Shown piece after piece: positions 1-10,049 of a DNA stretch of 64,000 bases (position 1 is the first letter of the stretch; each line of letters opens with the position of its first letter). Location: NCBI GenBank assembly GCA_963727485.1, contig CAVSGM010000001.1, positions 288,001 through 352,000 of the forward strand, written 5' to 3'. The notes beneath the pieces are model-generated. The model saw only the letters and a list, made by a program, of their open reading frames with translations, made no database searches and was not told the origin of the DNA. Made by a program: the position numbers and the translations under genes. This stretch comes from an uncultured delta proteobacterium (GTDB lineage Bacteria > Myxococcota > Myxococcia > SLRQ01).

Positions 1-102
1 CTGGCGGATCTCTTCTAGGAACCAAGGCAGTGGACTCCACCCCGAGAGGGGCGAAGCGGACGCGAGAGCGGATGACGCGACGGAGAACGTGAGGAGGCAG
101 AC

Positions 103-1392
<1,290 letters not shown>

Positions 1393-1490
1393 CCTCGGGA
1401 CGCGCGTCTTCCCGCCGGCGTCTGCCTCCGCCGGCCGGGGAGGCGTGCGTCGCCTTGACCCCCCTCCGCCCGAGAGACTAGGAAGCCCCG

Positions 1491-2222
1491 ATGCCCACCC
1501 GCGACCTCAACTGGCGAATCCACGAGAAGAGCGCCGACCAGACCCGGATCCTCGACGGGATCCTGGCCCGGCTGGAGGACGCCGGCGACACCCCGGTGGC
1601 CACCTTCGACCTCGACTCCACCCTCTTCGACAACCGCACCCGGCAGCTCGCCATCCTCACCGAGTTCGCCGAGCGCGCGGGCCTCGAGGGGGTGGGGCGC
1701 CTGACGCCCGAGGAGATCGACGGGTGGCTGGTGGCCGACGCCATCGCGCGCCTCGACGGGGTCGACGGCCGCCTCGACGCCCTGAAGGCCGAGTTCAAGG
1801 CCTTCTGGCGCACCCGCTTCTTCACCAGCGAGATGTGCCGCCACGACGTGCCGCTCCCCGGCGCCGCCGACTTCGTGAACGACGTCGCCGGGGTGGGCAC
1901 CCAGGTCATCTACCTCACCGGTCGCCACGAGCCCATGCGCGCCGGCAGCGCCGAGAGCCTGAAGGCCGGCGGCTTCCCCGAGGGGCGCCTGATCATGAAG
2001 CCCACCCTGGAGATGACCGACACCGCGTTCAAGGAGCTGGCGGTCGGCGAGATCCGCCCCCTGGGCCCGGTGCTCGCCTGCTTCGACAACGAGACCACGC
2101 ATGTGAACCGCCTCCGGGCGGCCTTCCCCGACGCCACGGTGGTCTGGATCCAGACCGACCACTCCCCGGAGGCGGAGCCGGTGGCCGACGGCGTGCCGGC
2201 GATCCACGGGTTCCTGCGCTAG
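1491..2222 (+). CDS. HAD-superfamily hydrolase/phosphatase
   Basis: Motif I FDLDSTLFD, motif II YLTGR, motif III/IV K...FDNE; 243 aa. Possible TTGACC-N18-TAGGAA promoter at 1455-1484. Confidence 0.7.
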   Translation: MPTRDLNWRIHEKSADQTRILDGILARLEDAGDTPVATFDLDSTLFDNRTRQLAILTEFAERAGLEGVGRLTPEEIDGWLVADAIARLDGVDGRLDALKAEFKAFWRTRFFTSEMCRHDVPLPGAADFVNDVAGVGTQVIYLTGRHEPMRAGSAESLKAGGFPEGRLIMKPTLEMTDTAFKELAVGEIRPLGPVLACFDNETTHVNRLRAAFPDATVVWIQTDHSPEAEPVADGVPAIHGFLR

Positions 2223-2253
2223 GCCGGGGCCCGCGCGTCCTCGAGGCGCCGCT

Positions 2254-2739
2254 TCATCGCCCTCGCGCGCGCCGGTGCTGCGGGAACTCGAAGTGGACGA
2301 GGGGGTGCCGGATCACCAGGCGCCCGGCCTCCCGCGTCCGGGCCGGGCGGGTGTCGCAGATTGTCGCGCCCAGGAGGCGATCCAGGCGCCGGTGACCCAA
2401 GGGCGTCAGCGCCAGGGCCAGGGTGCCGGCGACGGTGAGGGCGCCGACGGTCGCGAGGATCCCCCGGACGACTGGCCAGGCCCGCCGGCGCCGGGGCACC
2501 GGCGCGACCGCCTGCACCCCGTCGAGGAAGGCGAAGGGATCCTCGTCGGGACCGAGGCGCGGGCGGTGGCGGGCCGCGCGGCCGGCGGTGAGGGCGGCGC
2601 CAAGGGCGAGGGTGGCGAGGCCGAGGTCCCAGGGGGCGGGGAGCCAGGGGAAGCCGGCGACCCGGCCCACGAGGAGGCCGGCGGTGGCGAAGCTGGCGAC
2701 GGCGGAGAGCTGCAGGGGCAGGCGGGGATCGCGGGTCAT
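2254..2739 (-). CDS. Membrane protein, paralogue array member (degenerate Flp-like C-terminal helix)
   Basis: ATG at 2739 with GAGAGG RBS; three hydrophobic segments. WPVVRGILATVGALTV is shared with 3606..4151, followed by LGHRRLDRLLGATIC. Confidence 0.6.
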   Translation of the reverse strand: MTRDPRLPLQLSAVASFATAGLLVGRVAGFPWLPAPWDLGLATLALGAALTAGRAARHRPRLGPDEDPFAFLDGVQAVAPVPRRRRAWPVVRGILATVGALTVAGTLALALTPLGHRRLDRLLGATICDTRPARTREAGRLVIRHPLVHFEFPQHRRARGR

Positions 2740-2753
2740 GGTGGCCTCTCGGG

Positions 2754-3392
2754 TCACAGGCAGGCCTCGGCGGTGTCGCTGCAGGAAGGGAAGCTGCTGC
2801 CGAACATTGCCCGGACGTTGTCGCCGAACGCCGAGATCAGGAAGGCGATCAGGGCCAGGATCGCCACCCCCTTCAGCACTCGGCCGGCCAGCCAGTGGGC
2901 GCCCCAGCGGCCCTGGCCCAGCGACCATCCCCGTCGCCCCAGGTACATCCCGGCACCGCCGGCAGCGGCCGCGATGGCGACCCACGGGGAGAGGACGGCG
3001 GCGGCGAGGTCCATGGCGTCATGCCAGGTGGCGGCAAAGGCCGCGCCGCCGACGAGGCCGTAGAGGGCCAGGCCGCCTACGGCGCCGGCGATGAGGGCCC
3101 AGAGGAGGAACGCGCCCCGGGCGCCGGCGAGGTGGCGGCGGGCGGCGCAGCGCAGCCGCCAGGCCCCCAGGCGCCGGGCACGGAAGAGGCCGTCGGTGAG
3201 GCGCCGGCGCCACCTGCGGCTCCGGGTCCAGGCGAGGTAGCCACCGGCGCCGGCGAGGGCGACGCCGAGGCCGACGCTGAGCACCTCGCCCGAGCCGTGC
3301 CCGCCCAACACGACGTCGGGCTTCAGGGCGACGCCGGCGACCACCCCGGCGATCAGGGAGGCGACGGGCATCTTGAGTGAACCGACGGTCAT
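2754..3392 (-). CDS. Multi-pass membrane protein ending in a Flp-pilin-like FGDNVRAMFG motif
   Basis: ATG at 3392; about 5 hydrophobic segments. RRRLTDGLFRARRLGAWRLRCA is shared with 3606..4151. C-terminus ILALIAFLISAFGDNVRAMFGSS plus two Cys. Confidence 0.65.
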   Translation of the reverse strand: MTVGSLKMPVASLIAGVVAGVALKPDVVLGGHGSGEVLSVGLGVALAGAGGYLAWTRSRRWRRRLTDGLFRARRLGAWRLRCAARRHLAGARGAFLLWALIAGAVGGLALYGLVGGAAFAATWHDAMDLAAAVLSPWVAIAAAAGGAGMYLGRRGWSLGQGRWGAHWLAGRVLKGVAILALIAFLISAFGDNVRAMFGSSFPSCSDTAEACL

Positions 3393-3523
3393 CGGGAGGT
3401 GCCTCCCACGGCGAGGGCCGGGACCGGGCGACCGGGCTCGGGCGCGGTCAGAAGGACCGTCGGGCGAGGGGTGCGGGTGGCGTTCGACATGACCCGAGCA
3501 TGACGCGCCCGGCCGCCCTCGAA

Positions 3524-3557
3524 AATCGGCCAGACGTCCGTCGGACGAACGTTCGTC
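3524..3557. promoter_or_regulatory. Conserved 26-bp upstream motif, copy 1, overlapping palindrome GACGAACGTTCGTC
   Basis: AATCGGCCAGACGTCCGTCGGACGAA (3524-3549), similar to 7197-7222 and 7971-7996; intergenic, upstream of the 3392 start. Confidence 0.55.
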
Positions 3558-3605
3558 GGTCGGTTGACGTACCCGCTCCCGCACCGACCGCCACGGGGCC
3601 CGCCG

Positions 3606-4151
3606 TCACTGCGTGCCGCCGTGGAGGCGGGCGAAGGTCTCGAGGTTGAGGTGGCCGTCGAGGCGCTGGGACCGCGAGCGCGCGGCGTCCTGCTCCGCCT
3701 CGTACATCGCCTGACCCAGCTGGCAGCTCGGATGGGCGCCGAAGAGCTCGCGCAGGCGTGGACCGATCACCATCGCGGTCGCCTGGGTCGCCAGGGCGAG
3801 CACGGTCACCGCGCCGACCGCCGCGAGGCAACCGCGGACCAGGGGCCAGACCCGGCGCGGCCGCGCGGCCCGCCGGAGTCGGCGCCGCTCGCGGGCGCAG
3901 CGGTGGTTCCAGGCGGCAAGGCGTCGGGCGCGGTAGAGCGCGTCGAGGCCCCGGCGGCGCAGGCGCCGTGTCCCGGCCCAGAGGGCGGCGGCCGCCACCC
4001 CCGCCAGGAGCGCCGCCAGGTACGCCGGCGCCAGGGCGAAGCCCGCGACCATCCCCACGACCAGGGCGGCGCCGGCGCGCTTCGCCGCCGGGGCCCGGGC
4101 GTCGGTGGCCTGGAGGGGGACGGGCGGGGTGCGCTGGGGGGCAGCTCTCAT
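3606..4151 (-). CDS. Membrane protein, paralogue array member (IGPRLRELFGA motif)
   Basis: ATG at 4151 overlaps the predicted TGA of the upstream gene (ATGA). Shares one block with 2754..3392 and another with 2254..2739. Confidence 0.65.
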   Translation of the reverse strand: MRAAPQRTPPVPLQATDARAPAAKRAGAALVVGMVAGFALAPAYLAALLAGVAAAALWAGTRRLRRRGLDALYRARRLAAWNHRCARERRRLRRAARPRRVWPLVRGCLAAVGAVTVLALATQATAMVIGPRLRELFGAHPSCQLGQAMYEAEQDAARSRSQRLDGHLNLETFARLHGGTQ

Positions 4152-5048
4152 GGTGGCGCTCCGGCAGGGGTGGGGGCGACGAGCTTCAGGGTCCCCGGCC
4201 GGGCCCGGGACCGGGGCGGGGTGGGCGGCGGGTCGGTGTCGAGGCGCAGGCACCGGGCGCCGTCGGTGCAGGGGCGATTCGAGCTCGGCCCCGCCGGCGT
4301 TCGAGGCCAGAGGTGAGCACGCGAGGTGCGCCCCGGGCTCCATCCCCCCGTGGCTCAGTTCGAGCTTGCAGAGCCGGGGGTGATGGCCCAGCCCGGCGAC
4401 GAGCCCGGTCTGGGCGTCGAATCGCCAGAGGTCGGCCTGGGCGTCGGCGTCGTTGGTGTAGGGCGAAAGGTCGACGCGCCCGTGGGGGCGGTAGGCGACC
4501 GTCTCGGAGACCAGGAGCCGGGTGGCGACGCCCTTGGCCCGAAAGGGGCCCACGGTGACCCGGACCTCGTGCCTCGGGGCGCGGTACCCGACCACCTGGC
4601 ACCGCTCGTCGAGGCGCACCGGGTGGCCGGGGAAGGCGGCGCGGACCCGGGCGAGGGCGTCGTGGTCCCAGTGCCAGGCGAGGAGGCCGAAGGGTCCGCA
4701 GGGCAGGCGCACGGGCCCGCTGTCGGTGCCGTGGTCGATGTGGCGCCAGGTGCGGTAGCTCGCGTCCGCGCTCCCGGCCACCAGGAGCCCGAAGCACACG
4801 GCGACGAAGGTCAGGGTGCGACGGCCGCGCCGCCCGGCCCGGTGGCCCCGCCAGGTCCAGGCCAGCACGCCGCCGGCCACCAGCTCCAGGATCGCCAGCG
4901 TCGTGCCGTAGGCGCCGTCGAGGTGACGGTAGGCGGCCCAGGGGAGGACCAGGAGCACCGCCGCGGAGACGAGGGCGATGGCCCCGCCCAGGACGAAGGC
5001 GAAGGTCCCGAGGGAGTTCGGGGGATCGGTGCGGGGTGCGGTTTCCAT
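4148..5048 (-). CDS. Three-TM membrane protein with one 'RAAFPG' extracytoplasmic domain (probable +1 indel near 4272)
   Basis: ATG at 5048 with GGAG RBS. Removing one base in the run at 4271-4274 gives ...SPCTDGARCLRLD...GAPP* ending at TGA 4148-4150, coupled to the next ATG. The 498-aa track ORF is thus an apparent fusion. Confidence 0.6.
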
Positions 5049-5076
5049 GGGGTCTCCGGTGGACGGCGCGGTGGGT

Positions 5077-7161
5077 TCAGCCTCCCGAGGCCGGGGTGGC
5101 ACCCGGGAGGCCCGGGACGCGGAGCTTGGCGCAGGGCTTGGGCACCTCGGGCATCTTGTCGCCGCTCGCCTCGACGACCGCCGCGTCGATGGGACAGCGG
5201 TTCTTCACCATCACGTCCGGGCGCATCAGGGTCACCCCGGCCTCCGCCACCCGCCGGGGCTCGCAGTACACCGCGGCGAAGGCCGGGGCGTTGGCGATGC
5301 CGGCGCTGTTGAGCACGCAGAGGCGCGGACCCTTCGCCGGCCGGGGACGGAAGCGGTGGCTCCGGTCGACCCGGCGCGCCAGGGCCCGGGCCGCCGCGAG
5401 GGTCGAGAGCGGCGAGAGGGAGACCCGGGGTGCCGAGAGGCTGCCCTCTACCACCACGTCCACGGTGAGGACGAGGTCGGTGCGCCCGTGGTGGAAGCGG
5501 CCGACCTCGGCCCAGAGCCGTCGGGTGGTGCCCTGGGCCCGGCAGCCTTCGGTGAGGGCCACCATCTTGCCGGGGAAGGCGGCCCGCACCCGCGCCAGGG
5601 CCAGGCGGCGCCAGGCGTCGGTGTCGGGGCCGCAGCGGGAGTCCAGGGAGCCGAGGGGGCCGGGGTCGTCCCGGGCGGAGGCAGAGCGGGGCGGGGGCGC
5701 CGGGTGCCGGGGCACCTCGGGGACGCCCCGGCCGGAGATGGTGACGCAGTTCCACCCGCCGATGCGGCACGCCCGGCCGGCGTCGAGGGTCTGCTGGTGG
5801 AAGACGTCGAGGTCGACGTCCTTCCACAGGAGCAGCGCGGTGCCCACCTGCCCCGCCTCGGCGGGGACACACCGGGCGGTCCAGCTCCCGATCCCGTCGG
5901 GGGTGCCGGGTCGCGACGGGTCGTCGCCGGGCTCCACCACGCACAGGTGCGCGGCGCCGCTCCGGGCGTCGAGGGCCCGGAGCACCTGGCGGGCGGCGCC
6001 GAGGTCGGCGAAGGGCCGGATGTGGACCTGGGTCTCGCGCCCGTGGCCGGTGACCGAGACGTGGAGATCGAGGATGAAGCTCGAGCCCACGCCCCGGGCG
6101 GTGACCCGGCCGGCGCGGATCCAGAAGATGCCCGCCGGTGGGTGGTCGATGGCGTCGTCCTGGTCGGGCACGGTGCGGCGTACCGTCAGGCCGGGAAAGG
6201 CGGCGCGGGTCCGGGCGAGGGCGAGGCGTGCGGCCTTGGGCCCCTGGCGAAGCGCGGGCTTCGGAGGCGGGATCGCGGCCGGCGCGGAGGGGCGGGTGAA
6301 CTCGGAGAGGCTCCGGTGGTGCACGAGCGGCATGGTGAGGCAGGGCGAGCCGACGGTGAAGCCGCAGTCGCCCACGTCGAGGGCGTGGCCGAAGAGGAAC
6401 CCGGTGCCGGCGTCGGAGGTCAGGTTGCAGCCGATCTCCTCCGTGCCCGCGTCGGTGAGGCAGTCCACGTGCCTGTCCCCGAAGGCGAGGCGGACCCGGT
6501 CGCTCCGGGCGAGCCGGCGCAGGGCCTTCCGGGCCGCGGCGAGGTCGGCGTAGGGCGCCAGCGGCCGCGGCGTCCCCTCATCGTCGACCGGGGCGCTGGC
6601 CTGGACGTAGAGGCGGACGTGGAGCCCGGGGACCACCACCGGGCCGACCTTGTAGCCGAGGTCCCAGTGGTCGTCGTCGTAGAGGGGACGGTCGTCGGTC
6701 TCCATCTGCAGGCCCGGGAAGGCGGCCCGGATCCGGGCCCGCACCGCCGGGAGCGCCTCGCAGGGCTCGGTGTCGCCGTCGCAGGACGGACCGGCGAAGG
6801 TCTTCAGGCGGCGGTGCTCGTCCACGCCGGGCGCCAGCTTCACGGGGAGGCGCGGGGAGCCATCGTCGCTCGGCCAGTCCCCGTGGAACCAGGTGGCCCC
6901 GTCCACGAGGAGGAACCCGCCGACCGTCAGGCCCAGGGCCAGCGCGGTCCAGCCCAGCCCCCGGAGCACCGACCACCAGGGGCTGAAGGGGTTGGGGGCG
7001 ACGAGGAAGGCGGCCAGGAAGGTGAGTGCGCCAATCGCCAGGGTCCAGATCCCGGCGAGCACCGGCCAACCCAGGGCGCTCCCGGCGAGCCAGCCGACGA
7101 GGACGCTCGCCCCGAGCACGCGGAGGAGAAAGGCGAGGCGTCGGCGGAGGGGGGTGTTCAT
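5077..7161 (-). CDS. Three-TM membrane protein with three tandem Cys-containing 'RAAFPG' domains
   Basis: Start MNTPLRRRLAFLL at 7161; N-terminal hydrophobic helices; repeats RIRAAFPG, RTRAAFPG and RVRAAFPG each followed by a P(Y/F/L)xxLxAAR segment and Cys residues. Confidence 0.65.
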   Translation of the reverse strand: MNTPLRRRLAFLLRVLGASVLVGWLAGSALGWPVLAGIWTLAIGALTFLAAFLVAPNPFSPWWSVLRGLGWTALALGLTVGGFLLVDGATWFHGDWPSDDGSPRLPVKLAPGVDEHRRLKTFAGPSCDGDTEPCEALPAVRARIRAAFPGLQMETDDRPLYDDDHWDLGYKVGPVVVPGLHVRLYVQASAPVDDEGTPRPLAPYADLAAARKALRRLARSDRVRLAFGDRHVDCLTDAGTEEIGCNLTSDAGTGFLFGHALDVGDCGFTVGSPCLTMPLVHHRSLSEFTRPSAPAAIPPPKPALRQGPKAARLALARTRAAFPGLTVRRTVPDQDDAIDHPPAGIFWIRAGRVTARGVGSSFILDLHVSVTGHGRETQVHIRPFADLGAARQVLRALDARSGAAHLCVVEPGDDPSRPGTPDGIGSWTARCVPAEAGQVGTALLLWKDVDLDVFHQQTLDAGRACRIGGWNCVTISGRGVPEVPRHPAPPPRSASARDDPGPLGSLDSRCGPDTDAWRRLALARVRAAFPGKMVALTEGCRAQGTTRRLWAEVGRFHHGRTDLVLTVDVVVEGSLSAPRVSLSPLSTLAAARALARRVDRSHRFRPRPAKGPRLCVLNSAGIANAPAFAAVYCEPRRVAEAGVTLMRPDVMVKNRCPIDAAVVEASGDKMPEVPKPCAKLRVPGLPGATPASGG

Positions 7162-7196
7162 GGTCCCCAAGCTTCCGGCGTCGGTCGCCACGCGAC

Positions 7197-7289
7197 AATC
7201 GGCCGACCGTCCGTCGGACGAATGACCGTTGGACAATCGTCCGATGCGTCGTCGTGCCATCTGGCAGTCCGTCAAAGTGCCATACGGCA
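7197..7289. promoter_or_regulatory. 26-bp motif copy 2 plus two TGCC-N4-GGCA palindromic boxes
   Basis: AATCGGCCGACCGTCCGTCGGACGAA (7197-7222); TGCCATCTGGCA (7255-7266) and TGCCATACGGCA (7278-7289). Confidence 0.55.
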
Positions 7290-7523
7290 GACTGGCGTCA
7301 GCGCGGGCCCACCCCGTTCAGGGGGGCGCAGCCGAGCCACCACCCGGGCACCACGGGGACCCGGCTCACCCGGAGCCGCACCACCCGGTCGCCGCCGCCA
7401 GCGCCACAACGAGCCCCAGGTCCACGACCAGGATCCACTGGTGCACCCGGAGGCCCACGACCACAGCCCCGCGGAGAGGAGGGCCAGGAGCGCCGTGGTG
7501 GCGGCCAGGAGGGCGGTGCGCAC
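7272..7523 (-). CDS. Possible small membrane protein (frame uncertain)
   Basis: Hydrophobic N-terminus MRTALLAATTALLALLSAGL. A one-base shift would continue as VVVGLRVHQWILVVDLGLVVALAAATGWCGSG*, a 2-TM peptide. Confidence 0.3.
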   Translation of the reverse strand: MRTALLAATTALLALLSAGLWSWASGCTSGSWSWTWGSLWRWRRRPGGAAPGEPGPRGARVVARLRPPERGGPALTPVCRMAL

Positions 7524-7532
7524 CGGGCCTGC

Positions 7533-7937
7533 CTAGGGTCCGTCGCGCCCGGCGCGGAAGTAGCGCTCGATGGCCGAGGGCTTGTCGGCGCCGGGGCCGG
7601 TGTAGCGCTGGAGCTTCGGGCCCGCCGGCGCCGGCCTGGCCGCGGGCGCGTCGGGGTCATAGGCCTTGAGCGTCCGGTGGTCCGGTTTCGAGGCCGGCGG
7701 GGGCGCGCCGACCGGTGCCGGCCGGGACGGCTCCACCCCCGAGAAATCCGCGGTGCGGGCGCCGAAGAGCCGGCGGATCTGGGGGGCGAAGAGCACCATC
7801 CCGGCCCACAGCACCAGGACCAGGATGCCGACGGCGGCGAGGGCCTCGCGCCAGAGGCGGCGGCGGCGCGGGGCGGGCGTGGGGGGCGCCGGGGTCGCGG
7901 CGGGATCGGGCGGGGGGATAGCGGGGCCGGGGGACAT
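7533..7937 (-). CDS. Single-pass Flp-pilin-like protein without a prepilin cleavage Gly
   Basis: RRRRLWREALAAVGILVLVLWAGMVLFAPQIRRLFGARTADFSG...HRTLKAY; 134 aa. Confidence 0.55.
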   Translation of the reverse strand: MSPGPAIPPPDPAATPAPPTPAPRRRRLWREALAAVGILVLVLWAGMVLFAPQIRRLFGARTADFSGVEPSRPAPVGAPPPASKPDHRTLKAYDPDAPAARPAPAGPKLQRYTGPGADKPSAIERYFRAGRDGP

Positions 7938-7970
7938 GGCCCGACCCTGCCGGATCCGGAAATCCCCGGC

Positions 7971-7996
7971 AATCGGTCACCCGACCGTCGGGCGAT
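7971..7996. promoter_or_regulatory. 26-bp motif copy 3
   Basis: AATCGGTCACCCGACCGTCGGGCGAT, 20/26 identical to copy 1; 34 nt from the 7937 start. Confidence 0.45.
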
Positions 7997-8050
7997 CGAC
8001 CAATCCCGGGAGACCGCCCGCCGCTCTCGCCACCCGCCCCCGGCCGGGGA

Positions 8051-9424
8051 TCAGGCGGGCTCGGCCGCCGGGGCCGCAGGCGCATCCCCACCGGAGGCGC
8101 CGTGGGGCTTGTCGTTCCACAGGCGGGTCATGATGAACGCGCCGATGAGCGAGAAGGGCACGATGGCCCAGGTCCACACGTGCCACCCGAAGTGGTCGAG
8201 GAGGACGCCCATGAGGATGCTGGTGAAGCCACTGGCCACGTACTGGATTCCGTCGAGCATCCCCGCGGCGCTGGCGGCGCCCTTCTTGCCGCCGAAGTCC
8301 ATGGAGGCGGTGCCCGAGAGCATCCCGTGGACCCCGAAGATCCAGGTGCAGGCGAAGCCGATGCCCAGGGCGGCGAGGAGGTCGCTGTGGACCAGGCCGA
8401 GGGCGACGATGGCCACCACCTGCATCAGGTAGAAGAAGAACGCCACCGGCGGCCGCCGCGACTGGAAGAACCGGTCGGAGAGCCAGCCGGCCAGGAGCCC
8501 GCCGACGATGCCGCCGACGGTGATGCTCGCGGTGGCGTAGTTGAACAGGGTGCTCCCGGGGGTGATGTGGTGCACCGTGGACAGCCACTCGGGGAAGAAG
8601 AAGAGGATCGACTGGCGGACGAAGCCGGTGCAGAACTCGGCGGCCATCAGGGTCAGCAGCACCGGGTTGGTGAACACCTTCCGGACGATGTACTTGAAGT
8701 CGACCGGGGTCTCGTCGCCGTCGGAGGCGTCGGCGGTGGAGAAGTCGTCGTAGCCCGCGTCCGAGGGCTTGTCCCGGACGAAGAGGAACGAGAGCACGAA
8801 CATCACCATCATGGCGATGCTGGGGAAGAAGAAGGTGAAGTACCAGGGGAAGATGTCCGGGTGCTTCATGATCCACCCGGCGGTGGACAGGGCCATCACG
8901 TAGCCCAGCGAGATCATGATCCCGAAGATCCCTCCGAACACCCCGCGCTCGTTCACGTGGAACCAGGGGGCGTTGACCTTCACCACGCTCATCGCCCCGA
9001 AGCTCTGGAAGAACATGTTGGCCGCGTAGAGCAGGCCCATGAGCAGCACCAGGTGGCTGGTGAAGCCGCCGAAGAAGAGCAGGCCGATGGCGAGGTTGAA
9101 GGTCGCCGCGCCCACCGCGCCGAGGAGGATCGCCTTGCGCCCGCCGATCTTGTCGGCGATGGGGCCGTTGACCAGCTCCGAGAGGGCGTACATCCAGAAG
9201 CCCGCGGCGGCGATCCAGCCGAACTGGGCCTGGCTGCCCCCGAGGAAGGTGGTCTCGATGTGGTGCTTGACGACGTTGACGTTGTAGCGACCCATGTAGA
9301 AGGTCGCGTAGGTCAGCCCCAGGAGGAACCAGTTCACGAACCGCCGGATCCGGTAGGCGGAGGAGTGGTTGGGAAAGCCGCGGGCGGGTGCGGCGGTCTC
9401 GAGGCTCGGGCTGATGTCGGTCAT
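8051..9424 (-). CDS. MFS transporter, organophosphate:Pi antiporter (GlpT/UhpT-like) family
   Basis: 457 aa, about 12 TM; YATFYMGRYN, GPIADKIGGRK, WFHVNERG, GWLSDRFFQSRRPP. Confidence 0.85.
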   Translation of the reverse strand: MTDISPSLETAAPARGFPNHSSAYRIRRFVNWFLLGLTYATFYMGRYNVNVVKHHIETTFLGGSQAQFGWIAAAGFWMYALSELVNGPIADKIGGRKAILLGAVGAATFNLAIGLLFFGGFTSHLVLLMGLLYAANMFFQSFGAMSVVKVNAPWFHVNERGVFGGIFGIMISLGYVMALSTAGWIMKHPDIFPWYFTFFFPSIAMMVMFVLSFLFVRDKPSDAGYDDFSTADASDGDETPVDFKYIVRKVFTNPVLLTLMAAEFCTGFVRQSILFFFPEWLSTVHHITPGSTLFNYATASITVGGIVGGLLAGWLSDRFFQSRRPPVAFFFYLMQVVAIVALGLVHSDLLAALGIGFACTWIFGVHGMLSGTASMDFGGKKGAASAAGMLDGIQYVASGFTSILMGVLLDHFGWHVWTWAIVPFSLIGAFIMTRLWNDKPHGASGGDAPAAPAAEPA

Positions 9425-9596
9425 CGTCCGCCGTCATACCGGACCGGTCCCGTGCGGCGCAACCGAGCCGCCGGGCCAATCGGGCCCTGCGCCGACCCCG
9501 GCGAAGCGGGTACAATCCCCCCGGCCGGCAGGTCGCCGGGCCAAAGCCATCGCCCGCCCCACCGGGCCGCCGCACCCACGCCGAAAGGGGGAAGTC

Positions 9597-10034
9597 ATGC
9601 GCCAGCGCCTGATCCCGGTCCTCTTGACCCTGGCCCTCGCCGCCGCCGCGGCCCCACGCCCGGCCCGGGCCGCGACCCGCATCGGCCTCGGCGCCGACTA
9701 CCACCTCGCCGGCCAGGGGATCTTCCAGCTCACCCTCGACGTGGACACACCGCTGGCCCGGCACCTCTCGGTGGGCGGGCGCTTCGGGGCGATGCTGTCG
9801 AGCACGCCCACCACCTTCGGGGTTCCGCTGGATCTCTACCTGCGCCTGCGGATCCGGCGCATCTACGTCCAGGGCCTGGTGGGGCCGTGGATCTTCTTCG
9901 GGGGCCCCTCGGTGCGCGTCCACGCCGCCTTCGGCTTCGGCCTCGAGGCGGGGGGCGGGCTCTCGGTGGGCCTGGAGGTCGGCTGGCTCGACCCCTCGGC
10001 GATCATCGGCCTGCGGCTGGCCTGGCGGATCTAG
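9597..10034 (+). CDS. Small outer-membrane beta-barrel protein
   Basis: Signal peptide, alternating amphipathic strands, terminal GLRLAWRI beta-signal. Confidence 0.65.
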   Translation: MRQRLIPVLLTLALAAAAAPRPARAATRIGLGADYHLAGQGIFQLTLDVDTPLARHLSVGGRFGAMLSSTPTTFGVPLDLYLRLRIRRIYVQGLVGPWIFFGGPSVRVHAAFGFGLEAGGGLSVGLEVGWLDPSAIIGLRLAWRI

Positions 10035-10049
10035 GGCGCCCCGGCTCCG

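Noticed and set aside
3606..5102. 498-aa fusion protein in the ORF track
   Set aside because: A one-base correction restores a TGA overlapping the next ATG (ATGA at 4148-4151), giving two genes.
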